Shown: positions 11,026 through 20,779 of the stretch, piece after piece
Layout: the number at the start of each line of letters is the position of its first letter
Numbering within the stretch: position 1 is the stretch's first letter
Source: an uncultured Holophagales bacterium
GTDB lineage: Bacteria > Acidobacteriota > Thermoanaerobaculia > Multivoradales > UBA5704
DNA length: 64,000 nucleotides
Reading direction: 5' to 3'
NCBI GenBank assembly: GCA_963842525.1
Contig: CAWJGT010000003.1
Location: forward strand, 896,001-960,000
Made by a program: the position numbers and the translations under genes
Notes under the pieces: model-generated
Told to the model about the DNA's origin: nothing
Databases searched by the model: none
Seen by the model: only the letters and a program-made list of their open reading frames with translations

Positions 11026-12641
11026 GCCGGCCGGTCCCGCGGCTCCGGTTCGACGAGGCGAGCCGGCCGGGGACGCTCTCCGCGAGCTTTTCACGCGCGG
11101 TGTGGCGCGGTTTGCCCGCGGCATTGCTCGCCACGGTGGTCCTGGCCGTCTATGCACCCACCGTGCGCAACGGCTTCGTGTCGGACGACTACCTGTTCCT
11201 GCAGATGGCCGCCACCGGCCCGGGGAGCGTGCTGGCCTACCACGGCGGCTATCACTACTACCCGCTCGGCATGGGCCTGTTCTTCCTCCAGTACGAGCTC
11301 TGGGGGTTCGATCCGTCGTGGTTCCACGGGGTGGCGATCGCCCTCCATTTCGCGGCCTCGCTGCTGGTCGTCCGGCTCGGGCGCGCCCTCGGGCTGCCGG
11401 CCGCGGTGTCCTGGGCGGCCGCCTTCCTCTTCGCCACCAACGGCCTGATCCACGAAGTCCCCTTGTGGGCCATCGGGGTCCTGTATTCGCTGTCGACCTG
11501 CCTCTGCCTCGCCGCTCTCCTGGCCTGGCTCGATCACGTGCGGACCTCCCGGTGGCGGTCCCAGGCCGTCTTTCTGATGCTTTTCGCCGCGGCCCTGCTC
11601 GCGCACGAGCAGTCCATCACCCTCCTCGCGGTGTGCGGGCTCGCCGCGGCCCTGGTGGCGGGGCGGCCGGAGCCCCTCGCTCGGCGCGCCAGGGAGCTGC
11701 TCCCGGCAGCCGTCCTCGTCGCCGGCTACCTGGGGCTCAAGCTGGCGCTCAGCGACGGCACCGACCTCACGCCGGGCCTCGCGGAGGGCCTCGCGAGCCG
11801 GGCCGGCCCCTTTGCGCTGCACCTGCTGCGGGTCACGGTGCCGAACCTCCCCAAGGCGTGGGCCTGGCAGATCCTCAGCCCGCCGCTGCCGGCCTTGGCG
11901 GCAAACCTCTGCCGCGCGGCGCTGGTCGCCGCGGCCGTGCTGGCCTTCCTGCGCCTGGCGCCGCGCCTCCAGCTCCTGGCGCTGTGGACAGCCCTCCACG
12001 TGGGTGTGATGGTCCTCGCGATCGGCATGGCCTCCCGCCATTACTACCTGCCCCTGGCCCCGGCCTCTCTGCTCGTGGCGAGCCTCCTCGCCCTCCTGGC
12101 CGGGAAGCTCGCCGGGCGCCGCAGCGAGGGGCCCCGCCGGTGGATGCTGCCCCTGCTGGTTGCTCCTCTGGTGGTCGCCGGCCTGGCGACCCTGAGCTTC
12201 CGCAAGGAGGTCTGGGCCGAAGCCGCGGCCCTGGGCCAGGACCTCCTCCGCCAGGTGGCCGCGGCGCAACAGGAAGCCCCGGCGGCCAGGGCCCTCTACG
12301 TCGTCGACCTGCCGGACGGCCTGCCCCTGGGCGAATCGGATCCTGCCTATGTCTTCCGGATCGGGTTCGAAGCTGCGCTGCACCTGCGGCAGATCGGGCC
12401 TTTCCAGGCGATTACGCGCCTGCACGGAGATCCCCTGGCGCCCTGGACGGAGCCGTTCGGCAGGCCGGCCACGGACGGCGAGATCCAGGCGCTCGCGGCG
12501 GATCCGGCGAACCTCGTCCTGCGCTACGATGCCGCGATGCAGCGTTTCCGGCGCGTGACGGAGACCGGCTCGCTCGCACCCGGCTCGCCGCACTCATCTG
12601 ATAGGAGCCCCTTTGCTCCGAGGAGGAAGACGAATGCGTAG
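11022..12641 (+). CDS. Multi-pass membrane protein, GT-C-like (PMT/TMTC-type) glycosyltransferase
   Basis: GFVSDDY acidic loop motif, YYPLG, FH...I.LH, HEVPLW, AHEQS, RHYYLP, many TM helices. Start codon uncertain. Confidence 0.65.
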   Translation: MSRPVPRLRFDEASRPGTLSASFSRAVWRGLPAALLATVVLAVYAPTVRNGFVSDDYLFLQMAATGPGSVLAYHGGYHYYPLGMGLFFLQYELWGFDPSWFHGVAIALHFAASLLVVRLGRALGLPAAVSWAAAFLFATNGLIHEVPLWAIGVLYSLSTCLCLAALLAWLDHVRTSRWRSQAVFLMLFAAALLAHEQSITLLAVCGLAAALVAGRPEPLARRARELLPAAVLVAGYLGLKLALSDGTDLTPGLAEGLASRAGPFALHLLRVTVPNLPKAWAWQILSPPLPALAANLCRAALVAAAVLAFLRLAPRLQLLALWTALHVGVMVLAIGMASRHYYLPLAPASLLVASLLALLAGKLAGRRSEGPRRWMLPLLVAPLVVAGLATLSFRKEVWAEAAALGQDLLRQVAAAQQEAPAARALYVVDLPDGLPLGESDPAYVFRIGFEAALHLRQIGPFQAITRLHGDPLAPWTEPFGRPATDGEIQALAADPANLVLRYDAAMQRFRRVTETGSLAPGSPHSSDRSPFAPRRKTNA

Positions 12642-13614
12642 ATCTCTTGTGTCCCTGGCGCTGTTGGCAGTCCTCGGAGTCCTTCCCGCGGAGGCCAAGG
12701 TTACGCGCTACCTGACGGGCAATGCGGCGGACGTGGCGGTCTCGCTGGCCGGTCCGGCCCACGATTTCGGCGGCGGCAGCACGGACGTCGACGCGGCGCT
12801 CCAGTGGATCATCGACCAGGTGCGGGGCTGCACGAGCTGCTCGACCAAGATCGACGTCGTGATCCTGCGGTCGTCGGGGTCCAACGGATACAACGACTAC
12901 ATCTATGCCATGAACGGCGTGGACTCCGTCGAGACGCTGGTCATCACGAAAGCCAGCGACTCGAACACGGCCGCGGTCGAGACCACGGTCAAGAACGCCG
13001 AGGTGGTTTTCTTCGCCGGCGGCGACCAATGCGACTATGTAAAGTTCTTCAAGGGGACCAAGGTGGAGACCGCCGTCGAATCCGTCTATGCCAGAGGCGG
13101 CGGGGTCGGCGGCACCAGTGCTGGGACAGCGATCCTGGGCGACTTCAACTACGACGGCTGCAGCGGGAGCGCGGTCTCCAGCAACGCGCTGGCCAACCCC
13201 TACCACCGCACCGTCACCTTCACCTACGACTTCTTCCACTGGGCCAACCTGGAGCGGACCATCACCGACAGCCACTTTGCACAGCGCGACCGGATGGGCC
13301 GCACCCTCGCCTTCCTCGCCCGCCAGATCCAGGACGGCAAGGCGCCGACCGCGCTCTCGATCGCCGTCAACGAGGTGACCTCGGTGGTGGTGGACCGCAA
13401 CGGCCTTGCCACCGTGATGGGCGACGGCCCGGCCTATTTCATCCTGGCCGACCACGCGCCCGAGGTCTGCCAGTCCGGCGTGCCGCTGACCTATTCGAAC
13501 TACAAGATCTGGAGGGTCAACACCGGTGGCACCTTCGACCTGCGCAACCGGCCGACGACCGGCTATTACCTGCGCAGCGTCAACAACGGGGTGATCGACC
13601 AGAATCCGTATTGA
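12634..13614 (+). CDS. Secreted cyanophycinase-like S51 serine peptidase
   Basis: Signal peptide, FFAGGDQ, GGTSAG nucleophile, ITDSHFAQRDRMGR. RBS AGGAGG. Confidence 0.85.
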   Translation: MRRSLVSLALLAVLGVLPAEAKVTRYLTGNAADVAVSLAGPAHDFGGGSTDVDAALQWIIDQVRGCTSCSTKIDVVILRSSGSNGYNDYIYAMNGVDSVETLVITKASDSNTAAVETTVKNAEVVFFAGGDQCDYVKFFKGTKVETAVESVYARGGGVGGTSAGTAILGDFNYDGCSGSAVSSNALANPYHRTVTFTYDFFHWANLERTITDSHFAQRDRMGRTLAFLARQIQDGKAPTALSIAVNEVTSVVVDRNGLATVMGDGPAYFILADHAPEVCQSGVPLTYSNYKIWRVNTGGTFDLRNRPTTGYYLRSVNNGVIDQNPY

Positions 13615-13651
13615 AGCCGGAGGATTTCATATTGGGCGCGGGCGGGGGGCG

Positions 13652-13764
13652 CCTGGGACCGCGGGCGTCCCGCCCGCGCAGACTCTCATCGACCGCGGCA
13701 TTGCCGCCATTCCAACGTAGGCCCGAGCGTGGGGAGGGCGGGCGGGACGCCCGCGGTCCCAGGG
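13652..13764. repeat. REP doublet (family B: CCTGGGACCGCGGGCGTCCCGCCCGC), inverted pair around a 60-bp core
   Basis: 26-bp perfect inverted repeats at 13652-13677 and 13738-13763, between convergent genes. Confidence 0.8.
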
Positions 13765-13798
13765 AGAACTGAGAGGCGGCCGGCGGCGTTCCGGCGGG

Positions 13799-14833
13799 TC
13801 ATCGCGGCTCCTGCCTCCGTAGCGCTGCGATCAGACTGGCCGCGGCCTCGGCGAGAGGTTGCTTTCCATCGACGTACGGGCGCCAGTTTTTCTCGAGCGC
13901 TTCGCGATAGCTCGCCCAGGTGTTGTTGCGGTCAAAAATCTCGTACACCATGGGTGTGTATCCCGGCTGACCGCGTTCGTCCAGGAGACGGCGCACGGCC
14001 TCGCCGGTGGTGTAGAACTGGACCACGTGCCACAGATCGTTCGGGAGCTGGAAATCGACGGCTTTCGCCGCGCTCTCGAGAGCCTCCCGTACAGGGTCTC
14101 CGCGATCCATGAGGATATGGGACGCCTCGTGAAAAATGAGCTCGAAGGCGGCAGCGCCTTGTGGCGAGCTTGAGATCAGGACGTCTCCCTGACCGGAATT
14201 CGACCAGGACGTGTTGGCTCCGCTCCAGTCCACGGTCTCCACGACGTCCACCAGGACCGGCAAGGTTTTCCATCGCTTCTGATAGAGCTCCTCGAGACGG
14301 AGAGCGATCCTCTCCTCATCCGCGGCCAATCTCGGTTGCAGCTCCGCGATCCAGCGCCGGTTCTTTTCGTCCTGCTCTGTCCAACGGCAGGCTTTGTACG
14401 CCGGCGTCGCCACTGCCCTGAAGCTCCGGGCCATTTCGACGAACTCCGTACCTCCAGCGGCTTGCCATTCGGCGTCGAAGCCGACGAGCTGCATCCGGAG
14501 CAGATACTGTTGGCGGTCATTCCATTCGACCGGTGAGATGATCTTCGCGTAGTAGTCGACCGCACCATCCCACGCGGCGCGCTTTGACGGAGCCAGTTTG
14601 TCGAAGCAGGACGCTTCGGCACCGGAGTGGAACAGCTCCGGCTTGCTGTTCTTGCGCGCCAGGCCTGCAGCGACCAACGCGTCATTCAGGTTGGTGTCGA
14701 AGTCACTGTACATGGCGAAATGAGGCGTCGTGACGACCGGCGTCCGCTGCTCCGTCTGGCCGGGGCCTGCATTGAGCAGTGAGAGCAGGATCCAGCACCC
14801 GAGGGTGACATGCGCGTTCAGGGGGCTTTTCAT
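13799..14833 (-). CDS. Secreted hypothetical protein with HEXXH motif (putative zincin)
   Basis: Signal peptide from ATG 14833, FHEASH...LWHVVQFYTTGE. Lower GC than neighbours. Confidence 0.65.
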   Translation of the reverse strand: MKSPLNAHVTLGCWILLSLLNAGPGQTEQRTPVVTTPHFAMYSDFDTNLNDALVAAGLARKNSKPELFHSGAEASCFDKLAPSKRAAWDGAVDYYAKIISPVEWNDRQQYLLRMQLVGFDAEWQAAGGTEFVEMARSFRAVATPAYKACRWTEQDEKNRRWIAELQPRLAADEERIALRLEELYQKRWKTLPVLVDVVETVDWSGANTSWSNSGQGDVLISSSPQGAAAFELIFHEASHILMDRGDPVREALESAAKAVDFQLPNDLWHVVQFYTTGEAVRRLLDERGQPGYTPMVYEIFDRNNTWASYREALEKNWRPYVDGKQPLAEAAASLIAALRRQEPR

Positions 14834-15089
14834 TCTCGCATTCTCCGAAGTTGCTCGTTCCAGTCGGTCATGATAGCCGTTTGCAGGCGGCTGGAAAAAA
14901 CGGGCGTGGCTTGGGCGACCACGCCCGGAAAACACGCGGGGTGCCTCCTTGTCTTTGCTTCAATTTTCAAAGAACACGCCTCTCCCCCTGCTGTTTCCTC
15001 GAGAGGACGATGGATCATGGCATGCCTGGAACGCTGCGTCAATACCACGATGACTACATCGTGTCCTCCAGGGTGTCGAAAAGGCCGAC

Positions 15090-15434
15090 CTGTACGCGTA
15101 TCGAGTGAGTTGGATGCTTATCGGGTGACCCGGGATCGATCCAGGTCCTTCCGGATGCGTCCGGTGGAACCGCGATCGTCCCAGACCGGTCCGAATGACG
15201 ATCGGGTGAGGCTGGATCGATCCAGGGAGCCCGGAGTGCCTGTCGGGTGAGCGCCGATCCATCCCGGCGGACCTGGATGCGTAGCAGACGGCCTGGATGC
15301 TTTTCGGAGACTGTGGGGCGATCCGGGACCTTCCGGATCGATCCACGGCGGCCTGAGGTCGATCGCGGCGGGGCTGAATGCCTATCGGGTATCTCTGTCT
15401 CGCTGCGGATGACTCTGGATCGATCCAGGTGTCA
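15090..15434. repeat. Degenerate tandem array of about 17 units of 20-21 bp
   Basis: Recurrent CTGGATGCCTATCGGGTGA- and CTGGATCGATCCAGG-type units with 20-21 bp spacing. Confidence 0.65.
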
Positions 15435-17010
15435 CCCAACGCAACGTAAACGGCCCGAGCTCGCGCGTCGTGCTCTCGACCGGGAACCTGCCTACCGTGG
15501 CCTGGACGCGCGAACGCTCGTAGCCCAGGCGGCGGAGGAACTTCCAGGGGTTCTTGTCGGGCGGCGTGTCATAGAGGTCGACAAGGGCGACCGGCCGGCC
15601 GGCGGTGAGGCAGGCCTCGATCTCCGTGGACAGGGCCTTCATCCCGTCATCGACCGGCAGGTCGACGGACAGGCTGGTGAGCGCGAGCCGCCGGACGCCC
15701 CGCTCTTCGAGAGCGGAGAGGGTCAGCAGCGACTGGAGGTCTTCGTAGCCGGGGTAGACCACCAGGCAGGCGCTGCCGAGCTCGCGGCGCAGAAGCGCGA
15801 CCCGTTCTTCGCGGGGATAGAAGATGCGGCGTGCGCCGAGGTCGTAGAGGTTCCAGAGCAGGGCGAGGCCGCTCAGCACGAGCATGGCCCGGGCTCTGCG
15901 TCCTTGGAGGGGGATGCGGGCGGCCAGGACTCCGAAGACCACCGCGAGCTGGATGTAGAACTGGTCATCTGAGTTATCCCACCAGAAGCCGAAGGCGAGG
16001 ACCGCGGTGAGCCAGGCGCCGGAGAGGATCGCTATGGTCCGGTCGCGCCGGCAGGTCCAGGCCGCCCAGAGCATGACCGTACTGGCGGCGGCAAAGGCGA
16101 GGAGACGTGGGATGACGGTCCACAGAGGCTGCCCGTCCCGGATCGCCGCCACCGCGGGAGACAGGTCCACCAGCGCGCTTGCGGCACCGTAGAGAGCTCG
16201 GGCCGCGGCCCATGCGATCCCGGTCAGGGTGGGCTCCAGGCCGTAGGCGATCGTGACGCGTGGAGATGGATCGCCGCCGCCGTAGCGGGTCATCCACTCC
16301 AGGAATCCCTGGGACGGCCGGGCGAGGAGCCAGGCGGCTGAGAAGAGGAGGCTTGCCGTCCCCGCCGCTCCGACCAGGAAGCCGGCGGCGGTCCGCGCCC
16401 GCTCCTGACTGCGCGGCAGGCCAAGGCCGCCCAAGGCCAACGCAAGGGCCGGGGCGAGGAGGAGGTTCGAGACGAAAAACGCGGACGCGAGAGCCACCGC
16501 GGCGCCCGCCGCCAGGGCGCGGGGGAACGTCGGGCGCTCCAGGCACCGCAGGGCGAGGAGGGCGGCCAGGATCACGGCGGGCATCTGGATGATGTGGATC
16601 TCGTCGGAGACCCAGAGCCGGGAGAATGCCGAGCTGAAGGCCAGCCAGGCGGTCGCATGGTTGGCGGCGAGGCGGCTCCGCGCCAGCCGGGGAGCCACGC
16701 CGCCGCGGAAGAGCGCTACGGCGAGGGCTCCCGCCAGGACGCTCAGCCGCTTGAGCTGGTCGACGGCCTGCTCCCGCGATGCGGGCCCCAGGGGCCCCTG
16801 CCACCAGGTGCCGAGCGGCTCGAAGACGAGATGGTTGGGGTTGAGGCGCCAGCTCCCGGCGGCGAACCGGGCGCTCTGCCCGATGCCGTCCGCCGAGACG
16901 TAGCCGATCGGCACCGCCGACAGGACGAGGATCGGGATGGCGAGCCAGAGCACGGCGTCCCGCAGGTCCGCGGTGAGGAGGTTCCGCAAGGGCCGCAGGG
17001 GCATGGTCAC
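15382..17010 (-). CDS. Multi-pass membrane protein (GT-C-like hypothetical)
   Basis: SADG...NPNHLVFEPL first loop, many TM helices. ATGA overlap with rex stop. Confidence 0.6.
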   Translation of the reverse strand: MTMPLRPLRNLLTADLRDAVLWLAIPILVLSAVPIGYVSADGIGQSARFAAGSWRLNPNHLVFEPLGTWWQGPLGPASREQAVDQLKRLSVLAGALAVALFRGGVAPRLARSRLAANHATAWLAFSSAFSRLWVSDEIHIIQMPAVILAALLALRCLERPTFPRALAAGAAVALASAFFVSNLLLAPALALALGGLGLPRSQERARTAAGFLVGAAGTASLLFSAAWLLARPSQGFLEWMTRYGGGDPSPRVTIAYGLEPTLTGIAWAAARALYGAASALVDLSPAVAAIRDGQPLWTVIPRLLAFAAASTVMLWAAWTCRRDRTIAILSGAWLTAVLAFGFWWDNSDDQFYIQLAVVFGVLAARIPLQGRRARAMLVLSGLALLWNLYDLGARRIFYPREERVALLRRELGSACLVVYPGYEDLQSLLTLSALEERGVRRLALTSLSVDLPVDDGMKALSTEIEACLTAGRPVALVDLYDTPPDKNPWKFLRRLGYERSRVQATVGRFPVESTTRELGPFTLRWVTPGSIQSHPQRDRDTR

Positions 17011-17633
17011 CCCCGCAGGAAGAACGCCAGCTCCTCGAGATCGATGCGCAGGTCGACGTTCTTCAAGGGAACGCCAGCGCGGCGCTTGACGCGGACCGGG
17101 GCGAAGTTGAGAACCGCCCGGACGCCCGCCTGGGCCAGGGCGTCATAGTTCTCCTGGGCCGCTTCGGCGGGGATGGCGAGCACGCCGATCTCGACGCCGG
17201 ACTCGCGCACGATCGCCGGGAGGTCACCAGGCGGACGGATGGTGAGCTGGCCGACCTTGCGGCCGATCTTCGCGGGGTCGTTGTCCACGCCGGCCACGAC
17301 ATGGAAGGCCCCATAGTTGAAGCCGAGATACTGTGCGAGGGCGCTGCCCAGGTTGCCCATGCCGACGATGACCAGGGCGTGCGCCCGGTCGAGGCCGAGC
17401 AGCGCGTTCAGGTGGGCGGCCAGCTCTTCGACCTCGTAGCCGACCCCGCGGATGCCGAACTCGCCGAACTGCGCCAGGTCCTTGCGGATCTGTGTGGCCG
17501 AGAGGTGATACCGGTGTGCCATCTCCTGCGAGGAGACGCGCCGCACCCCCAGCTCCTGCAGGTGGCGCAGGCAGCGCAGGTAGAAGGAGAGCCGGTTCAG
17601 GGTGAGAGGAGAGACCTCCTCCGTGTCGGTCAC
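17007..17633 (-). CDS. rex: Redox-sensing transcriptional repressor Rex
   Basis: TLNRLSFYLRCL, QIRKDLAQFGEFGIRGVGY, IVGMGNLGSAL, VLNFAP. GTG start overlaps the nuoN stop. Confidence 0.95.
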   Translation of the reverse strand: MTDTEEVSPLTLNRLSFYLRCLRHLQELGVRRVSSQEMAHRYHLSATQIRKDLAQFGEFGIRGVGYEVEELAAHLNALLGLDRAHALVIVGMGNLGSALAQYLGFNYGAFHVVAGVDNDPAKIGRKVGQLTIRPPGDLPAIVRESGVEIGVLAIPAEAAQENYDALAQAGVRAVLNFAPVRVKRRAGVPLKNVDLRIDLEELAFFLRG

Positions 17634-19102
17634 CGGGCTTTGGTCGTATCGAGAAGCCACTGCAGGATCCCGCTGGGCCAGATGCCGAGCACCAGGGTGC
17701 CCAGAGCCGCCAGCACGACGGCGGCACGGCCCCAGAAATCGATCAGCAAGCCTTCCGGCGTCCGCTCCTCCGGCTGCATGTACAGCACATAGACGATGCG
17801 CAGGTAGTAGAAGACACCGATCAGGCTGGCCAGCACGCCCAGCACGGCGAGGCCGATCAGCCCGTCGCCGACCGCGTCCAGGAAGACCACGTACTTGCCG
17901 ATGAACCCCATGGTCGGCGGGATGCCGCCGAGCGAGAGCATGCAGACCGCCAGGCCTGCGCTCAGCAGCGGGAAGCGATATCCCCATCCCGAGAGGTCGG
18001 AGATCAGGTGCTGCTCCCCGGGCCGGTTGTAGAGCATCGCCACCACCGCGAAGGCGCCGGCATTCATCAGCGTGTAGGCGATCAGATAGACGATGACCGG
18101 CGCCAGCGACTCCCGTTTGAGGACCACCAGGGCCAGCAGCAGGTAGCCCATGTGCGCGATGCCGGAGTAGGCGAGCATCCGCTTGATGTCCCGCTGCACC
18201 AGCGCCAGCAGGTTGCCGACCAGCATGGAGAGGACCGCGAGGAAGGCCACCACGCCCGACCACTTGACCGCGGCCCCGCTTGCCGGCGGCGCGCCGGAGA
18301 CCACGGCGTCGAGCACACGGTAGAGCACCAGCGCGCTCGCCACCTTGGGCGCCACCGAAAGGAAGGCGACAAACGGCGAGGGCGCCCCCTGGTAGGTGTC
18401 CGGCGACCAGGCGTGGAACGGCACCACGCTCATCTTGAAGCCGAAGCCGGCGACCAGCAGCAGGACCCCCAGGCTGAACGTCACCGGCACCTGCGACATC
18501 CCGGACAGCGCCTGGCCGATCTCCGCGAGCCGGGTGCTCCCGGTGGCGCCGAAGACCAGGGCGATGCCGTAGAGCACGAAGGCGCTCACGAACGCGCCCA
18601 TCAGGAAGTACTTGATCGCAGCCTCGGCCGCCACCGCGACCCGGCGGTGGAAGACGGCGAGCGAATAGAGGCAGAGCGACAGCAGCTCCAGCGACAGGAA
18701 GACCGTCAGCAGCTCGGTCGCCCGCAGCATCAGCAGGAGCCCGGTGGCGCACCAGAGGAGGAGCGCGTGGTATTCGCCGGCGAGGATCCCCTCGCGCCGC
18801 AGGTACCCTTGGGAGGCGAGCAGGCAGAGGCCGGTCGCCAGCAGGATCACGAGCGACAGCGCATAGGTGACGCCGCTCGTCTCGAGCAGGCCGTTGCAGG
18901 TCAAGGCGGTACCGGCGAGACCGCCGGGCACGACGCTCCAGGCGTACCAGGCCCCCCAGGCGGCGGCAGCGGTCACCAGGAGCCCGATCGCCGTGAACGC
19001 CCGCCGCAGGCCCGGCGCGACGGCCTCCGCCAGGAGCAGCAGGATGCCCCCGCCGGTGAGGATCATTTCCGGGAGGAGGCTGATGAGGTCCGCGCGGCTC
19101 AT
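17630..19102 (-). CDS. nuoN: NADH-quinone oxidoreductase subunit N
   Basis: EAAIKYFLMG, FKMSVVPFHAWSPDTYQGAP, KRMLAYSGIAHMG. Confidence 0.95.
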   Translation of the reverse strand: MSRADLISLLPEMILTGGGILLLLAEAVAPGLRRAFTAIGLLVTAAAAWGAWYAWSVVPGGLAGTALTCNGLLETSGVTYALSLVILLATGLCLLASQGYLRREGILAGEYHALLLWCATGLLLMLRATELLTVFLSLELLSLCLYSLAVFHRRVAVAAEAAIKYFLMGAFVSAFVLYGIALVFGATGSTRLAEIGQALSGMSQVPVTFSLGVLLLVAGFGFKMSVVPFHAWSPDTYQGAPSPFVAFLSVAPKVASALVLYRVLDAVVSGAPPASGAAVKWSGVVAFLAVLSMLVGNLLALVQRDIKRMLAYSGIAHMGYLLLALVVLKRESLAPVIVYLIAYTLMNAGAFAVVAMLYNRPGEQHLISDLSGWGYRFPLLSAGLAVCMLSLGGIPPTMGFIGKYVVFLDAVGDGLIGLAVLGVLASLIGVFYYLRIVYVLYMQPEERTPEGLLIDFWGRAAVVLAALGTLVLGIWPSGILQWLLDTTKAR

Positions 19103-20760
19103 CGTCCCACCTCCGCCATCGCCAACTCAGGTTTTTCTCCCCCTCTCCCGGGGGAAGGGGGGGCGATGGGAGAGGGGGCCGGGGGGTGAGGGGCCGGCCG
19201 CAACGTCGCCTCGGCGACCGCCGTCCGCTTCAGCCCCTGCTGGAATTGCTGGAGCGTCGCCTCCAACGCCGGCAGGCTCGGCCGCAGGAAATGGTTCGGC
19301 GCGACGCCGATCCACAGCATGAAGACGCAGAGCGGGACGAGCGATGCCCACTCGCGCAGGTCGAGGTCGCGCAGGCCCCGGTTCTCCTCCTTGGTGAGCG
19401 GCCCCCACACGGTGAGCTCGATCATCTTGAGCAGGTAGACCGCGGCGAAGATGACGCCCACCGTCGCCAGGGCCGCCGGCCAGCCGAGCGCGCGATAGCT
19501 GCCGGCGAGGATCAGGAACTCGCCGACGAAGCCATTGAGCGCCGGCAGGCCCACCGAGGCCAGCGACGAGAAGATCAGGAAGAAGGCAAAAACGGGGATC
19601 ACCTTGGCCAAGCCGCCGAAGTCCTCGAACTTCTTCGTGTGCCGCCGGTCGTAGAGCATGCCGACGAGGAGGAACAGCGCGCCGGTCGACAGGCCGTGAT
19701 TGACCATCTGGAGGAGCGCTCCCTGCCAGGCGATGAGATCGAAGGCGAGGAGGCCGAGCATCACGAAGCCCAGGTGGGCGATCGAGGAGTAGGCGACCAG
19801 CTTCTTCATGTCCGTCTGGACCCAGGCCACGAACGCGCCGTAGAGAATGCCCACGATCGCGAGGCCGACGAGCAGCGGCTGGGCCGCCTCGCTCGCATGC
19901 GGGAAGAACGGCAGCGCGAACCGCAGGAAGCCGTAGGTGCCGAGCTTGAGCAGGATGCCGGCCAGGATCACCGAGCCGCCGGTGGGCGCCTCGACGTGCG
20001 CATCCGGCAGCCAGGTATGGACCGGGAACATGGGGACCTTGACCGCGAAGGCGAGGGCGAATGCCGCGAAGAGCCAGATCTGCTGCTGGATGGGGAAGTC
20101 GAGCCGCAGCATGTCGTCGTACGCGAAGCTCCAGATGTCATTGTTCAGGTTGTGGAACGTCCAGCCCATCCAGAGGATGGCGATCAGCATCAGCAGGCTG
20201 CCGCCCATGGTGAAGAGGAAGAACTTGACCGCCGCGTAGACCCGCCGTTCGCCGCCCCAGATCCCGATGATCAGATACATCGGGATCAGCATGACCTCCC
20301 AGAAAATGTAGAAGAGGAACAGATCCCAGGCGAGGAGCGTCCCCAGCACGCCGGTGGTCAGGACCAGGAACGCCGCGCCGAAGCCCGGCCAGTGGCGGTC
20401 GATGCCGCGCCAGGAGCCGAGGATCACGATCGGCAGCAGAAAGATGCCGAGCAGTGCCAGCGGCATGGAGATGCCGTCCATCGCCAGGTCGTAGCCGATG
20501 CCGAAGCGGGAGATCCACTCGATGCGTCCGCCGCCCGCTCCCAAATCATGGACCAGCGGGAAGGTGCCGTCCGGGCTCATGTGCGCGGCCGCGTACATCA
20601 CGCCCAGGGCGAGCTCGACGAGCGATACGAGCAGGACATAGACCTTGGTCGCCCGCTCGGCGCTGCGCGGGAAGAAGATCAGGGGCAGGGCCGCCAGCGT
20701 GGGAAAGAAAACCAGCCGGGTCAGCGTGTTGCCGAGGAGCAGGTTGAGGAGCGTGTCCAT
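19099..20760 (-). CDS. nuoM: NADH-quinone oxidoreductase subunit M
   Basis: FWEVMLIPMY, KVPMFPVHTWLPDAHVEAPT, KKLVAYSSIAH. Confidence 0.95.
   Translation of the reverse strand: MDTLLNLLLGNTLTRLVFFPTLAALPLIFFPRSAERATKVYVLLVSLVELALGVMYAAAHMSPDGTFPLVHDLGAGGGRIEWISRFGIGYDLAMDGISMPLALLGIFLLPIVILGSWRGIDRHWPGFGAAFLVLTTGVLGTLLAWDLFLFYIFWEVMLIPMYLIIGIWGGERRVYAAVKFFLFTMGGSLLMLIAILWMGWTFHNLNNDIWSFAYDDMLRLDFPIQQQIWLFAAFALAFAVKVPMFPVHTWLPDAHVEAPTGGSVILAGILLKLGTYGFLRFALPFFPHASEAAQPLLVGLAIVGILYGAFVAWVQTDMKKLVAYSSIAHLGFVMLGLLAFDLIAWQGALLQMVNHGLSTGALFLLVGMLYDRRHTKKFEDFGGLAKVIPVFAFFLIFSSLASVGLPALNGFVGEFLILAGSYRALGWPAALATVGVIFAAVYLLKMIELTVWGPLTKEENRGLRDLDLREWASLVPLCVFMLWIGVAPNHFLRPSLPALEATLQQFQQGLKRTAVAEATLRPAPHPPAPSPIAPPSPGRGGEKPELAMAEVGR
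19137..19191. repeat. Family A REP half-element inside the 3' end of nuoM
   Basis: CCCCCTCTCCCGG..GGGGGGCGATGGGAGAGGGGG..GGGGGTGAGG matches 8687-8741. Confidence 0.75.
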
Positions 20761-20779
20761 GGGTCGGTTCTCGGTCGCC

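Noticed and set aside
15010-15250. Small ORFs upstream of and across the 20-bp array
   Set aside because: Atypical codon usage, no recognisable motifs, and the repeat phase breaks the frame.
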